From: Eledone cirrhosa
Taxonomy: Eukaryota
Direction of reading: 5' to 3'
Assembly (NCBI GenBank): GCA_964016885.1
Contig: OZ024748.1
Coordinates: forward strand, 35,526,001-35,590,000
DNA length: 64,000 nucleotides
Both the position numbers and the translations under genes were made by a program. The notes under the pieces are model-generated. The model was not told the DNA's origin. It worked only from the letters and a program-made list of their open reading frames with translations, and searched no databases. Every line of letters starts with the position of its first letter. The first letter of the stretch is position 1. Positions 26,201 to 38,800 of this stretch are shown here, piece by piece.

Positions 26201-26960
26201 TGTTGTTACGGTTGTAGTGCAATAGTCACAGTTGTTATTGTTGTTGTTACTGTTGTAGAACTTGTTACAGTTGTTTTTGTCGTTAATGTTGTAGAGCTAT
26301 TGTTACAGTTGTTATTGTTGTTACTGTTGTAGAGCTATTGTTACAGATGTTGTTGTTACTGTTGTAGTGCTATTGTTACAGTTGTTATTGTTGTTGTTAC
26401 TGTTGTAGAGCTATTGTTACAGTTGTTGTTATTACTGTTGTAGTGCTATTGTTACAGTTGTTATTGTTGTTGTTACTGTTGTAGTGCTATTGTTGGAGTT
26501 GTTATTGTTGTTACTGTTGTAGTGCTATTATTACAGTTGTTATTGTTGTTGTTACTGTTGAGGTGCTATGGTTACAGTTGTTATTGTTGTTGTTAGTGTT
26601 GTAGTGCTATTGTTACAGTTGTTATTGTTGTTGTTACTGTTGTAGTGCTATTGTTACAGTTGTTATTGTTGTTGTTACTGTTGTAGTGCTATTGTTACAG
26701 TTGCTGTTGTTGTTGTTACTGTTGTAGAGCTATTGTTACAGTTGTTATTGTTGTTGTTACTGTTGTAGTGCTATTGTTACAGTTGTTGTTGTACCTGTTA
26801 CTGTTGTAGTGCTATTGTTACAGTTGTTATTGTTGTTACTGTTGTAGAACTATTGTTACAGTTGTTATTGTTGTTACTGTTGTAGTGCTATTGTTACAGT
26901 TGTTATTGTTGTTGTTACTGTTGTAGAGCTATTGTTACAGTTGTTGTTGTTACTGTTGTA
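23300..26960. repeat. ~1.83-kb higher-order tandem duplication nested in the 10.2-kb unit (also present in copy 2 at ~33500-37090)
   Basis: GTACCTG occurs at 24966/26791 (offset 1825), ACTTTGTAG at ~24124/~25949 and TTAAAGTTG at ~24290/~26115. Confidence 0.78.
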
Positions 26961-29900
26961 GTGTTATTGTTATAGTTGTTATTGTTGTTGTTACTGTTGA
27001 GGTGCCATTGTTACAGGTGTTATTGTTGTTGTTACTGTTGTAGAGCTATTGTTACAGTTGTTATTGTTGTTACTGTTGTAGACCTATTGTTACAGTTGTT
27101 ATTGTTGTTGTTACTGTTGTAGTGCTATTGTTGCAGTTGTTATTGTTGTTACTGTTGTAGTGCTATTGTTACAGTTGTTATTGTTGTTGTTACTGTTGAG
27201 GTGCTATTGTTACAGTTGTTGTTGTTGTTGTTACTGTTGTAGTGCTATTGTTACAGTTGTTATTGTTGTTGTTACTGTTGTAGTGCTATTGTGGCAGTTG
27301 TTATTGTTGTTACTGTTGTAGTGCTATTGTTACAGTTGTTATTGTTGTTGTTACTGTTGAGGTGCTATTGTTACAGTTGTTAATGTTGTTGTTACTGTTG
27401 TAGTGCTATTGTTGCAGGTGTTATTGTTGTTACTCTGTAGTGCTATTGTTACAGTTGTTATTGTTGTTGTTACTGTTGTAGTGCTATTGTTACAGTTGTT
27501 ATTGTTGTTGTTACTGTTGTAGAGCTATTGTTACATATGTTATTGTTGTTGTTACTGTTGTACTGCTATTGTTACAGTTGTTATTGTTGGTGTTACTGTT
27601 GTAGAGCTATTGTTACAGTTGTTATTGTTGTTGTTACTGTTGTAGAGCTATTGTTACAGTTGTTATTGTCGTTAATGTTGTAGAGCTATTGTTACAGTTG
27701 TTATTGTTGTTACTGTTGTGGAGCTATTGTTACAGATGTTGTTGTTACTGTTGTAGTGCTATTGTTACAGTTGTTATTGTTGTTGTTACTGTTGTAGAGC
27801 TATTGTTACAGTTGTTGTTATTACTGCTGTAGTGCAATTGTTACAGTTGTTATTGTTGTTGCTACTGTTGTAGTGCAATTGTTACAGTTGTTATTGTTGT
27901 TGCTACTGTTGTAGTGCTAGTGTTACAGTTGTTATTGTTGTTGTTACTGTTGTAGAGCTATTGTTACAGTTGTTATTGTTTTTGTTACTGTTGTAGTGCA
28001 ATTGTTACAGTTGTTATTGTTGTTGTTACTGTTGTAGTGCTATTGTTACAGTTGTTATTGTTGTTACTATTGTAGAGCTATTGTTACAGTTGTTGTTGTT
28101 ACTGTTGTAGAGCTATTGTTACAGTTGTTGTTATTACTGTTGTAGTGCTATTGTTACAGTTGTTATTGTTGTTGCGACTGTTGTAGTGCAATTGTTACAG
28201 TTGTTATTGTTGTTGTTACTGTTGTAGAGCTATTGTTACAGTTGTTGTTATTACTGTTGTAGTGCTATTGTTACAGTTGTTATTGTTGTCGCGACTGTTG
28301 TAGTGCAATTGTTACAGTTGTTATTGTTGTTGTTACTGTTGTAGTGCTAGTCTTACAGTTGTTATTGTTGTTGTTACTGTTGTAGTGCTATTGTTACAGT
28401 TGTTATTGTTGTTGTTACTGTTGTAGTGCTATTGTTACAGTTGTTGTTGTTACTGTTGTAGTGCTATTGTTATAGTTGTTATTGTTGTTGTTACTGTTGT
28501 AGAGCTATTGTTACAGTTGTTATTGTTGTTGTTACTGTTGTAAAGCTATTGTTACAGTTGTTATTGTTGTTGTTACTGTTGTAGTGTTATTGTTACAGTT
28601 GTTATTGTTGTTGTTACTGTTGTAGTGCTATTGTTACAGTTGTTGTTGTTGTTGTTGTAGTGCTATTGTAACAGTTGTTATTGTTGTTGTTACTGTTGTA
28701 GAGCTATTGTTACAGTCGTTATTGTTGTTGTTACTGTTGTAGTGCTATTGTTACAGTTGTTATTGTTGTTGTTACTGTTGTAGTGCTATTGTTACAGTTG
28801 TTATTGTTGTTGTTGTAGTGCTATTGTTACAGTTGTTATTGTTGTTGTTACTGTTGTAGTGCTATTGTTGGAGTTGTTATTGTTGTTACTGTTGTAGTGC
28901 TATTATTACAGTTGTTATTGTTGTTGTTACTGTTGAGGTGCTATGGTTACAGTTGTTATTGTTGTTGTTAGTGTTGTAGTGCTATTGTTACAGTTGTTAT
29001 TGTTGTTGTTAGTGTTGTAGTGCTATGGTTACAGTTGTTATTGTTGTTGTTAGTGTTGTAGTGCTATTGTTACAGTTGTTATTGTTGTTGTTGTAGTGCT
29101 ATTGTTACAGTTGTTATTGTTGTTACTGTTGTAGTGCTATTGTTACAGTTGTTGTTGTTACTGTTGTAGTGCTATTGTTACAGTTGTTGTTGTTACTGTT
29201 GTAGTGCTATTGTTACAGTTGTTATTGTTGTCGTTACTGTTGTAGTGCTATTGTTACAGTTGTTATTGTTGTAGTTGTAGTGCTATTGTTACAGTTGTTG
29301 TTGTTACGGTTGTAGTGCAATAGTCACAGTTGTTATTGTTGTTGTTACTGTTGTAGAACTTGTTACAGTTGTTATTGTCGTTAACGTTGTAGAGCTATTG
29401 TTACAGTTGTTATTGTTGTTACTGTTGTAGGGCTATTGTTACAGATGTTGTTGTTACTGTTGTAGTGCTATTGTTACAGTTGTTATTGTTGTTGTTACTG
29501 TTGTAGAGCTATTGTTACAGGTGTTGTTGTTACTGTTGTAGTGCTATTGTTACAGTTGTTATTGTTGTTGTTACTGTTGTAGAGCTATTGTTACAGGTGT
29601 TGTTGTTACTGTTGTAGTGCAATAGTCACAGTTGTTATTGTTGTTGTTACTGTTGTAGAACTATTGTTACAGTTGTTATTGTCGTTAATGTTGTAGAGCT
29701 ATTGTTACAGTTGTTATTGTTGTTACTGTTGTAGAGCTATTGTTACAGATGTTGTTGTTACTGTTGTAGTGCTATTGTTACAGTTGTTATTGTTGTTGTT
29801 ACTGTTGTAGAGCTATTGTTACAGTTGTTGTTATTACTGTTGTAGTGCAATTGTTACAGTTGTTATTGTTGTTGCTACTGTTGTAGTGCAATTGTTACAG

Positions 29901-32653
29901 TTGTTATTGTTGTTGTTACTGTTGTAGTGCTATTGTTACAGTTGTTATTGTTGTTACTGTTGTAGAGCTATTGTTACAGTTGTTGTTGTTACTGTTGTAG
30001 AGCTATTGTTACAGTTGTTGTTATTACTGTTGTAGTGCTATTGTTACAGTTGTTATTGTTGTTGCGACTGTTGTAGTGCAATTGTTACAGTTGTTATTGT
30101 TGTTGTTACTGTTGTAGAGCTATTGTTACAGTTGTTGTTATTACTGTTGTAGTGCTATTGTTACAGTTGTTATTGTTGTTGCGACTGTTGTAGTGCAATT
30201 GTTACAGTTGTTATTGTTGTTGTTACTGTTGTAGTGCTAGTCTTACAGTTGTTATTGTTGTTGTTACTGTTGTAGTGCAATTGTTACAGTTGTTATTGTT
30301 GTTGTTACTGTTGTAGTGCTATTGTTACAGTTGTTGTTGTTACTGTTGTAGTGCTATTGTTATAGTTGTTATTGTTGTTATTACTGTTGTAGTGCTATTG
30401 TTACAGTTGTTATTGTTGTTGCGACTGTTGTAGTGCAATTGTTACAGTTGTTATTGTTGTTGTTACTGTTGTAGTGCTAGTCTTACAGTTGTTATTGTTG
30501 TTGTTACTGTTGTAGTGCAATTGTTACAGTTGTTATTGTTGTTGTTACTGTTGTAGTGCTATTGTTACAGTTGTTGTTGTTACTGTTGTAGTGCTATTGT
30601 TACTGTTGTTATTGTTGTTGTTGTAGTGCTATTGTTACAGTTGTTATTGTTGTTACTGTTGTAGTGCTATTGTTACAGTTGTCATTGTTGTTACTGTTGT
30701 AGTGCTATTGTTACAGTGGTTATTGTTGTTACTGTTGAGGTGCTATTGTTACAGTTGTTATTGTTGTTGTTACTGTTGTAGAGCAATTGTTACAGTTGTT
30801 ATTGTTGTTACTTTGTAGTGCTATTGTTACAGTTGTTATTGTTGTTGTTACTGTGGTAGTGCTATTGTTACAGTTGTTGTTGTTGTTAATGTTGTAGAGC
30901 TATTGTTACAGTTGTTGTTGTTACTATTGTAGAGCTATTGTTACAGTTGTTGTTGTTACTGTTGTAGTGCTATTGTTACAGTTGTTATTGTTGTCGTTAC
31001 TGTTGTAGTGCTATTGTTACAGTTGTTATTGTTGTTGTTGTAGTGCTATTGTTACAGTGGTTATTGTTGTTGTTACTGTTGTAGTGCTATTGTTGGAGTT
31101 GTTATTGTTGTTACTGTTGTAGTGCTATTATTACAGTTGTTATTGTTGTTGTTACTGTTGAGGTGCTATGGTTACAGTTGTTATTGTTGTTGTTAGTGTT
31201 GTAGTGCTATTGTTACAGTTGTTATTGTTGTTGTTACTGTTGTAGTGCTATTGTTACAGTTGTTATTTTTGTTGTTACTGTTGTAGTGCTATTGTTACAG
31301 TTGCTGTTGTTGTTGTTACTGTTGTAGAGCTATTGTTACAGTTGTTATTGTTGTTGTTACTGTTGTAGTGCTATTGTTACAGTTGTTGTTGTACCTGTTA
31401 CTGTTGTAGTGCTATTGTTACAGTTGTTATTGTTGTTGTTGTAGTGCTATTGTTACAGTTGTTATTGTTGTTACTGTTGTAGTGCTATTGTTACAGTTGT
31501 TATTGTTGTTACTGTTGTAGAACTATTGTTACAGTTGTTATTGTTGTTACTGTTGTAGTGCTATTGTTACAGTTGTTATTGTTGTTGTTACTGTTGTAGA
31601 GCTATTGTTACAGTTGTTGTTATTACTGTTGTAGTGCTATTGTTACAGTTGTTATTGTTGTTGCGACTGTTGTAGTGCAATTGTTACAGTTGTTATTGTT
31701 GTTGTTACTGTTGTAGTGCTAGTCTTACAGTTGGTATTGTTGTTGTTACTGTTGAAGTGCAATTGTTACAGTTGTTATTGTTGTTGTTACTGTTGTAGTG
31801 CTATTGTTACAGTTGCTGTTGTTACTGTTGTAGTGCTATTGTTATAGTTGTTATTGTTGTTGTTACTGTTGTAGAGCTATTGTTACAGATGTTATTGTTG
31901 TTGTTACTGTTGTAAAGTAATTGTTACAGTTGTTATTGTTGTTGTTACTGTTGTAGTGTTATTGTTACAGTTGTTATTGTTGTTGTTACTGTTGTAGTGC
32001 TATTGTTACAGTTGTTGTTGTTGTTGTTGTAGTGCTATTGTAACAGTTGTTGTTGTTGTTGTAGTGCTATTGTAACAGTTGTTATTGTTGTTGTTACTGT
32101 TGTAGAGCTATTGTTACAGTCGTTATTGTTGTTGTTACTGTTGTAGTGCTATTGTTACAGTTGTTGTTGTTACTGTTGTAGTGCTATTGTTACAGTTGTT
32201 GTTGTTACTGTTGTAGTGCTATTGTTACAGTTGTTATTGTTGTCGTTACTGTTGTAGTGCTATTGTTACAGTTGTTATTGTTGTAGTTGTAGTGCTATTG
32301 TTACAGTTGTTGTTGTTACGGTTGTAGTGCAATAGTCACAGTTGTTATTGTTGTTGTTACTGTTGTAGAACTTGTTACAGTTGTTATTGTCGTTAACGTT
32401 GTAGAGCTATTGTTACAGTTGTTATTGTTGTTACTGTTGTAGAGCTATTGTTACAGATGTTGTTGTTACTGTTGTAGTGCTATTGTTACAGTTGTTATTG
32501 TTGTTGTTACTGTTGTAGAGCTATTGTTACAGTTGTTGTTATTACTGTTGTAGTGCAATTGTTACAGTTGTTATTGTTGTTGTTACTGTTGTAGTGCTAT
32601 TGTTGGAGTTGTTATTGTTGTTACTGTTGTAGTGCTATTATTACAGTTGTTAT

Positions 32654-32844
32654 AGATGGCGGTGGATTGGCAGTATCGGTAGAGGTTCGGACGCCATGCT
32701 TTGACGCATAGAGTTACGGCCCTTGCCATTCTGAGTTCAAATCCCGCCGAGGTTAACTTTGCCTTTCATCCTTACGGCGTCGATAAAATAAAGTACCAGT
32801 AATGTACTGGGTAATTTTCTGGCCTTGTGCCAATAGTAGAAACA
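32654..32844 (+). mobile_element. tRNA-derived SINE-like retroelement, 191 bp, copy 2 (identical to copy 1)
   Basis: Identical by eye to 22440-22630 at an offset of 10214 bp, with the same 17-bp flanking direct repeats (32637-32653 and 32845-32861) and the same flanking satellite variants. Confidence 0.88.
32668..32744 (+). promoter_or_regulatory. Putative internal RNA polymerase III type-2 promoter (A and B boxes) of SINE copy 2
   Basis: The motifs are the same as in copy 1, offset by 10214 bp. Confidence 0.7.
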
Positions 32845-35800
32845 ATTATTACAGTTGTTATTGTTGTTGTTACTGTTGAGGTGCTATGGTTACAGTTGTT
32901 ATTGTTGTTGTTAGTGTTGTAGTGCTATTGTTACAGTTGTTATTGTTGTTGTTACTGTTGTAGTGCTATTGTTACAGTTGTTATTTTTGTTGTTACTGTT
33001 GTAGTGCTATTGTTACAGTTGCTGTTGTTGTTGTTACTGTTGTAGAGCTATTGTTACAGTTGTTATTGTTGTTGTTACTGTTGTAGTGCTATTGCTACAG
33101 TTGTTGTTGTACCTGTTATTGTTGTAGTGCTATTGTTACAGTTGTTATTGTTGTTACTGTTGTAGAACTATTGTTACAGTTGTTATTGTTGTTACTGTTG
33201 TAGTGCTATTGTTACAGTTGTTATTGTTGTTGTTACTGTTGTAGAGCTATTGTTACAGTTGTTGTTGTTACTGTTGTAGTGCTATTGTTACAGTTGTTAT
33301 TGTTGTTGTTACTGTTGAGGTGCCATTGTTACAGGTGTTATTGTTGTTGTTACTGTTGTAGAGCTATTGTTACAGTTGTTATTGTTGTTACTGTTGTAGA
33401 CCTATTGTTACAGTTGTTATTGTTGTTGTTACTGTTGTAGTGCTATTGTTGCAGTTGTTATTGTTGTTACTGTTGTAGTGCTATTGTTACAGTTGTTATT
33501 GTTGTTGTTACTGTTGAGGTGCTATTGTTACAGTTGTTGTTGTTGTTGTTACTGTTGTAGTGCTATTGTTACAGTTGTTATTGTTGTTGTTACTGTTGTA
33601 GTGCTATTGTGGCAGTTGTTATTGTTGTTACTGTTGTAGTGCTATTGTTACAGTTGTTATTGTTGTTGTTACTGTTGAGGTGCTATTGTTACAGTTGTTA
33701 ATGTTGTTGTTACTGTTGAAGTGCAATTGTTACAGTTGTTATTGTTGTTGTTACTGTTGTAGTGCTATTGTTATAGTTGTTATTGTTGTTGTTACTGTTG
33801 TAAAGTTATTGTTACAGTTGTTATTGTTGTTGTTACTGTTGTAGTGTTATTGTTACAGTTGTTATTGTTGTTGTTACTGTTGTAGTGCTATTGTTACAGT
33901 TGTTATTGTTGTTGTTACTGTTGTAGTGCTATTGTTACAGTTGTTGTTGTTGTTGTTGTAGTGCTATTGTAACAGTTGTTATTGTTGTTGTTACTGTTGT
34001 AGAGCTATTGTTACAGTCGTTATTGTTGTTGTTACTGTTGTAGTGCTATTGTTACAGTTGTTGTTGTTACTGTTGTAGTGCTATTGTTACTGTTGTTATT
34101 GTTGTTGTTGTAGTGCTATTGTTACAGTTGTTATTGTTGTTACTGTTGTAGTGCTATTGTTACAGTTGTCATTGTTGTTACTGTTGTAGTGCTATTGTTA
34201 CAGTGGTTATTGTTGTTACTGTTGAGGTGCTATTGTTACAGTTGTTATTGTTGTTGTTACTGTTGTAGAGCAATTGTTACAGTTGTTATTGTTGTTACTT
34301 TGTAGTGCTATTGTTACAGTTGTTATTGTTGTTGTTACTGTGGTAGTGCTATTGTTACAGTTGTTGTTGTTGTTAATGTTGTAGAGCTATTGTTACAGTT
34401 GCTGTTGTTACTGTTGTAGAGCTATTGTTACAGTTGTTGTTGTTACTGTTGTAGTGCTATTGTTAAAGTTGTTATTGTTGTCGTTACTGTTGTAGTGCTA
34501 TTGTTACAGTTGTTATTGTTGTTGTTGTAGTGCTATTGTTACAGTTGTTGTTGTTACGGTTGTAGTGCAATAGTCACAGTTGTTATTGTTGTTGTTACTG
34601 TTGTAGAACTTGTTACAGTTGTTATTGTCGTTAATGTTGTAGAGCTATTGTTACAGTTGTTATTGTTGTTACTGTTGTAGAGCTATTGTTACAGATGTTG
34701 TTGTTACTGTTGTAGTGCTATTGTTACAGTTGTTATTGTTGTTGTTACTGTTGTAGAGCTATTGTTACAGTTGTTGTTATTACTGTTGTAGTGCAATTGT
34801 TACAGTTGTTATTGTTGTAGTTACTGTTGTAGTGCTATTGTTGGAGTTGTTATTGTTGTTACTGTTGTAGTGCTATTATTACAGTTGTTATTGTTGTTGT
34901 TACTGTTGAGGTGCTATGGTTACAGTTGTTATTGTTGTTGTTAGTGTTGTAGTGCTATTGTTACAGTTGTTATTGTTGTTGTTACTGTTGTAGTGCTATT
35001 GTTACAGTTGCTGTTGTTGTTGTTACTGTTGTAGAGCTATTGTTACAGTTGTTATTGTTGTTGTTACTGTTGTAGTGCTATTGTTACAGTTGTTGTTGTA
35101 CCTGTTACTGTTGTAGTGCTATTGTTACAGTTGTTATTGTTGTTACTGTTGTAGAACTATTGTTACAGTTGTTATTGTTGTTACTGTTGTAGTGCTATTG
35201 TTACAGTTGTTATTGTTGTTGTTACTGTTGTAGAGCTATTGTTACAGTTGTTGTTGTTACTGTTGTAGTGCTATTGTTACAGTTGTTGTTGTTGTTGTTA
35301 CTGTTGTAGTGCTATTGTTACAGTTGTTATTGTTGTTGTTACTGTTGTAGTGCTATTGTGGCAGTTGTTATTGTTGTTACTGTTGTAGTGCTATTGTTAC
35401 AGTTGTTATTGTTGTTGTTACTGTTGAGGTGCTATTGTTACAGTTGTTAATGTTGTTGTTACTGTTGAAGTGCAATTGTTACAGTTGTTATTGTTGTTGT
35501 TACTGTTGTAGTGCTATTGTTACAGTTGCTGTTGTTACTGTTGTAGTGCTATTGTTATAGTTGTTATTGTTGTTGTTACTGTTGTAGAGCTATTGTTACA
35601 GATGTTATTGTTGTTGTTACTGTTGTAAAGTTATTGTTACAGTTGTTATTGTTGTTGTTACTGTTGTAGTGTTATTGTTACAGTTGTTATTGTTGTTGTT
35701 ACTGTTGTAGTGCTATTGTTACAGTTGTTGTTGTTGTTGTTGTAGTGCTATTGTAACAGTTGTTATTGTTGTTGTTACTGTTGTAGAGCTATTGTTACAG

Positions 35801-38800
35801 TCGTTATTGTTGTTGTTACTGTTGTAGTGCTATTGTTACAGTTGTTGTTGTTACTGTTGTAGTGCTATTGTTACTGTTGTTATTGTTGTTGTTGTAGTGC
35901 TATTGTTACAGTTGTTATTGTTGTTACTGTTGTAGTGCTATTGTTACAGTTGTCATTGTTGTTACTGTTGTAGTGCTATTGTTACAGTGGTTATTGTTGT
36001 TACTGTTGAGGTGCTATTGTTACAGTTGTTATTGTTGTTGTTACTGTTGTAGAGCAATTGTTACAGTTGTTATTGTTGTTACTTTGTAGTGCTATTGTTA
36101 CAGTTGTTATTGTTGTTGTTACTGTGGTAGTGCTATTGTTACAGTTGTTGTTGTTGTTAATGTTGTAGAGCTATTGTTACAGTTGTTGTTGTTACTGTTG
36201 TAGAGCTATTGTTACAGTTGTTGTTGTTACTGTTGTAGTGCTATTGTTAAAGTTGTTATTGTTGTCGTTACTGTTGTAGTGCTATTGTTACAGTTGTTAT
36301 TGTTGTTGTTGTAGTGCTATTGTTACAGTTGTTGTTGTTACGGTTGTAGTGCAATAGTCACAGTTGTTATTGTTGTTGTTACTGTTGTAGAACTTGTTAC
36401 AGTTGTTTTTGTCGTTAATGTTGTAGAGCTATTGTTACAGTTGTTATTGTTGTTACTGTTGTAGAGCTATTGTTACAGATGTTGTTGTTACTGTTGTAGT
36501 GCTATTGTTACAGTTGTTATTGTTGTTGTTACTGTTGTAGAGCTATTGTTACAGTTGTTGTTATTACTGTTGTAGTGCTATTGTTACAGTTGTTATTGTT
36601 GTTGTTACTGTTGTAGTGCTATTGTTGGAGTTGTTATTGTTGTTACTGTTGTAGTGCTATTATTACAGTTGTTATTGTTGTTGTTACTGTTGAGGTGCTA
36701 TGGTTACAGTTGTTATTGTTGTTGTTAGTGTTGTAGTGCTATTGTTACAGTTGTTATTGTTGTTGTTACTGTTGTAGTGCTATTGTTACAGTTGTTATTG
36801 TTGTTGTTACTGTTGTAGTGCTATTGTTACAGTTGCTGTTGTTGTTGTTACTGTTGTAGAGCTATTGTTACAGTTGTTATTGTTGTTGTTACTGTTGTAG
36901 TGCTATTGTTACAGTTGTTGTTGTACCTGTTACTGTTGTAGTGCTATTGTTACAGTTGTTATTGTTGTTACTGTTGTAGAACTATTGTTACAGTTGTTAT
37001 TGTTGTTACTGTTGTAGTGCTATTGTTACAGTTGTTATTGTTGTTGTTACTGTTGTAGAGCTATTGTTACAGTTGTTGTTGTTACTGTTGTAGTGTTATT
37101 GTTATAGTTGTTATTGTTGTTGTTACTGTTGAGGTGCCATTGTTACAGGTGTTATTGTTGTTGTTACTGTTGTAGAGCTATTGTTACAGTTGTTATTGTT
37201 GTTACTGTTGTAGACCTATTGTTACAGTTGTTATTGTTGTTGTTACTGTTGTAGTGCTATTGTTGCAGTTGTTATTGTTGTTACTGTTGTAGTGCTATTG
37301 TTACAGTTGTTATTGTTGTTGTTACTGTTGAGGTGCTATTGTTACAGTTGTTGTTGTTGTTGTTACTGTTGTAGTGCTATTGTTACAGTTGTTATTGTTG
37401 TTGTTACTGTTGTAGTGCTATTGTGGCAGTTGTTATTGTTGTTACTGTTGTAGTGCTATTGTTACAGTTGTTATTGTTGTTGTTACTGTTGAGGTGCTAT
37501 TGTTACAGTTGTTAATGTTGTTGTTACTGTTGTAGTGCTATTGTTGCAGGTGTTATTGTTGTTACTCTGTAGTGCTATTTTTACAGTTGTTATTGTTGTT
37601 GTTACTGTTGTAGTGCTATTGTTACAGTTGTTATTGTTGTTGTTACTGTTGTAGAGCTATTGTTACATATGTTATTGTTGTTGTTACTGTTGTACTGCTA
37701 TTGTTACAGTTGTTATTGTTGGTGTTACTGTTGTAGAGCTATTGTTACAGTTGTTATTGTTGTTGTTACTGTTGTAGAGCTATTGTTACAGTTGTTATTG
37801 TCGTTAATGTTGTAGAGCTATTGTTACAGTTGTTATTGTTGTTACTGTTGTGGAGCTATTGTTACAGATGTTGTTGTTACTGTTGTAGTGCTATTGTTAC
37901 AGTTGTTATTGTTGTTGTTACTGTTGTAGAGCTATTGTTACAGTTGTTGTTATTACTGCTGTAGTGCAATTGTTACAGTTGTTATTGTTGTTGCTACTGT
38001 TGTAGTGCAATTGTTACAGTTGTTTTTGTTGTTGCTACTGTTGTAGTGCTAGTGTTACAGTTGTTATTGTTGTTGTTACTGTTGTAGAGCTATTGTTACA
38101 GTTGTTATTGTTTTTGTTACTGTTGTAGTGCAATTGTTACAGTTGTTATTGTTGTTGTTACTGTTGTAGTGCTATTGTTACAGTTGTTATTGTTGTTACT
38201 ATTGTAGAGCTATTGTTACAGTTGTTGTTGTTACTGTTGTAGAGCTATTGTTACAGTTGTTGTTATTACTGTTGTAGTGCTATTGTTACAGTTGTTATTG
38301 TTGTTGCGACTGTTGTAGTGCAATTGTTACAGTTGTTATTGTTGTTGTTACTGTTGTAGAGCTATTGTTACAGTTGTTGTTATTACTGTTGTAGTGCTAT
38401 TGTTACAGTTGTTATTGTTGTCGCGACTGTTGTAGTGCAATTGTTACAGTTGTTATTGTTGTTGTTACTGTTGTAGTGCTAGTCTTACAGTTGTTATTGT
38501 TGTTGTTACTGTTGTAGTGCTATTGTTACAGTTGTTATTGTTGTTGTTACTGTTGTAGTGCTATTGTTACAGTTGTTGTTGTTACTGTTGTAGTGCTATT
38601 GTTATAGTTGTTATTGTTGTTGTTACTGTTGTAGAGCTATTGTTACAGTTGTTATTGTTGTTGTTACTGTTGTAAAGCTATTGTTACAGTTGTTATTGTT
38701 GTTGTTACTGTTGTAGTGTTATTGTTACAGTTGTTATTGTTGTTGTTACTGTTGTAGTGCTATTGTTACAGTTGTTGTTGTTGTTGTTGTAGTGCTATTG

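Noticed and set aside
32654-32844. Independent second SINE insertion, or a pair of LTRs bounding a 10-kb element
   Set aside because: Each copy has the same TSD and kilobases of colinear flanking variants. The intervening DNA is pure satellite with no gag/pol, so segmental duplication explains it.
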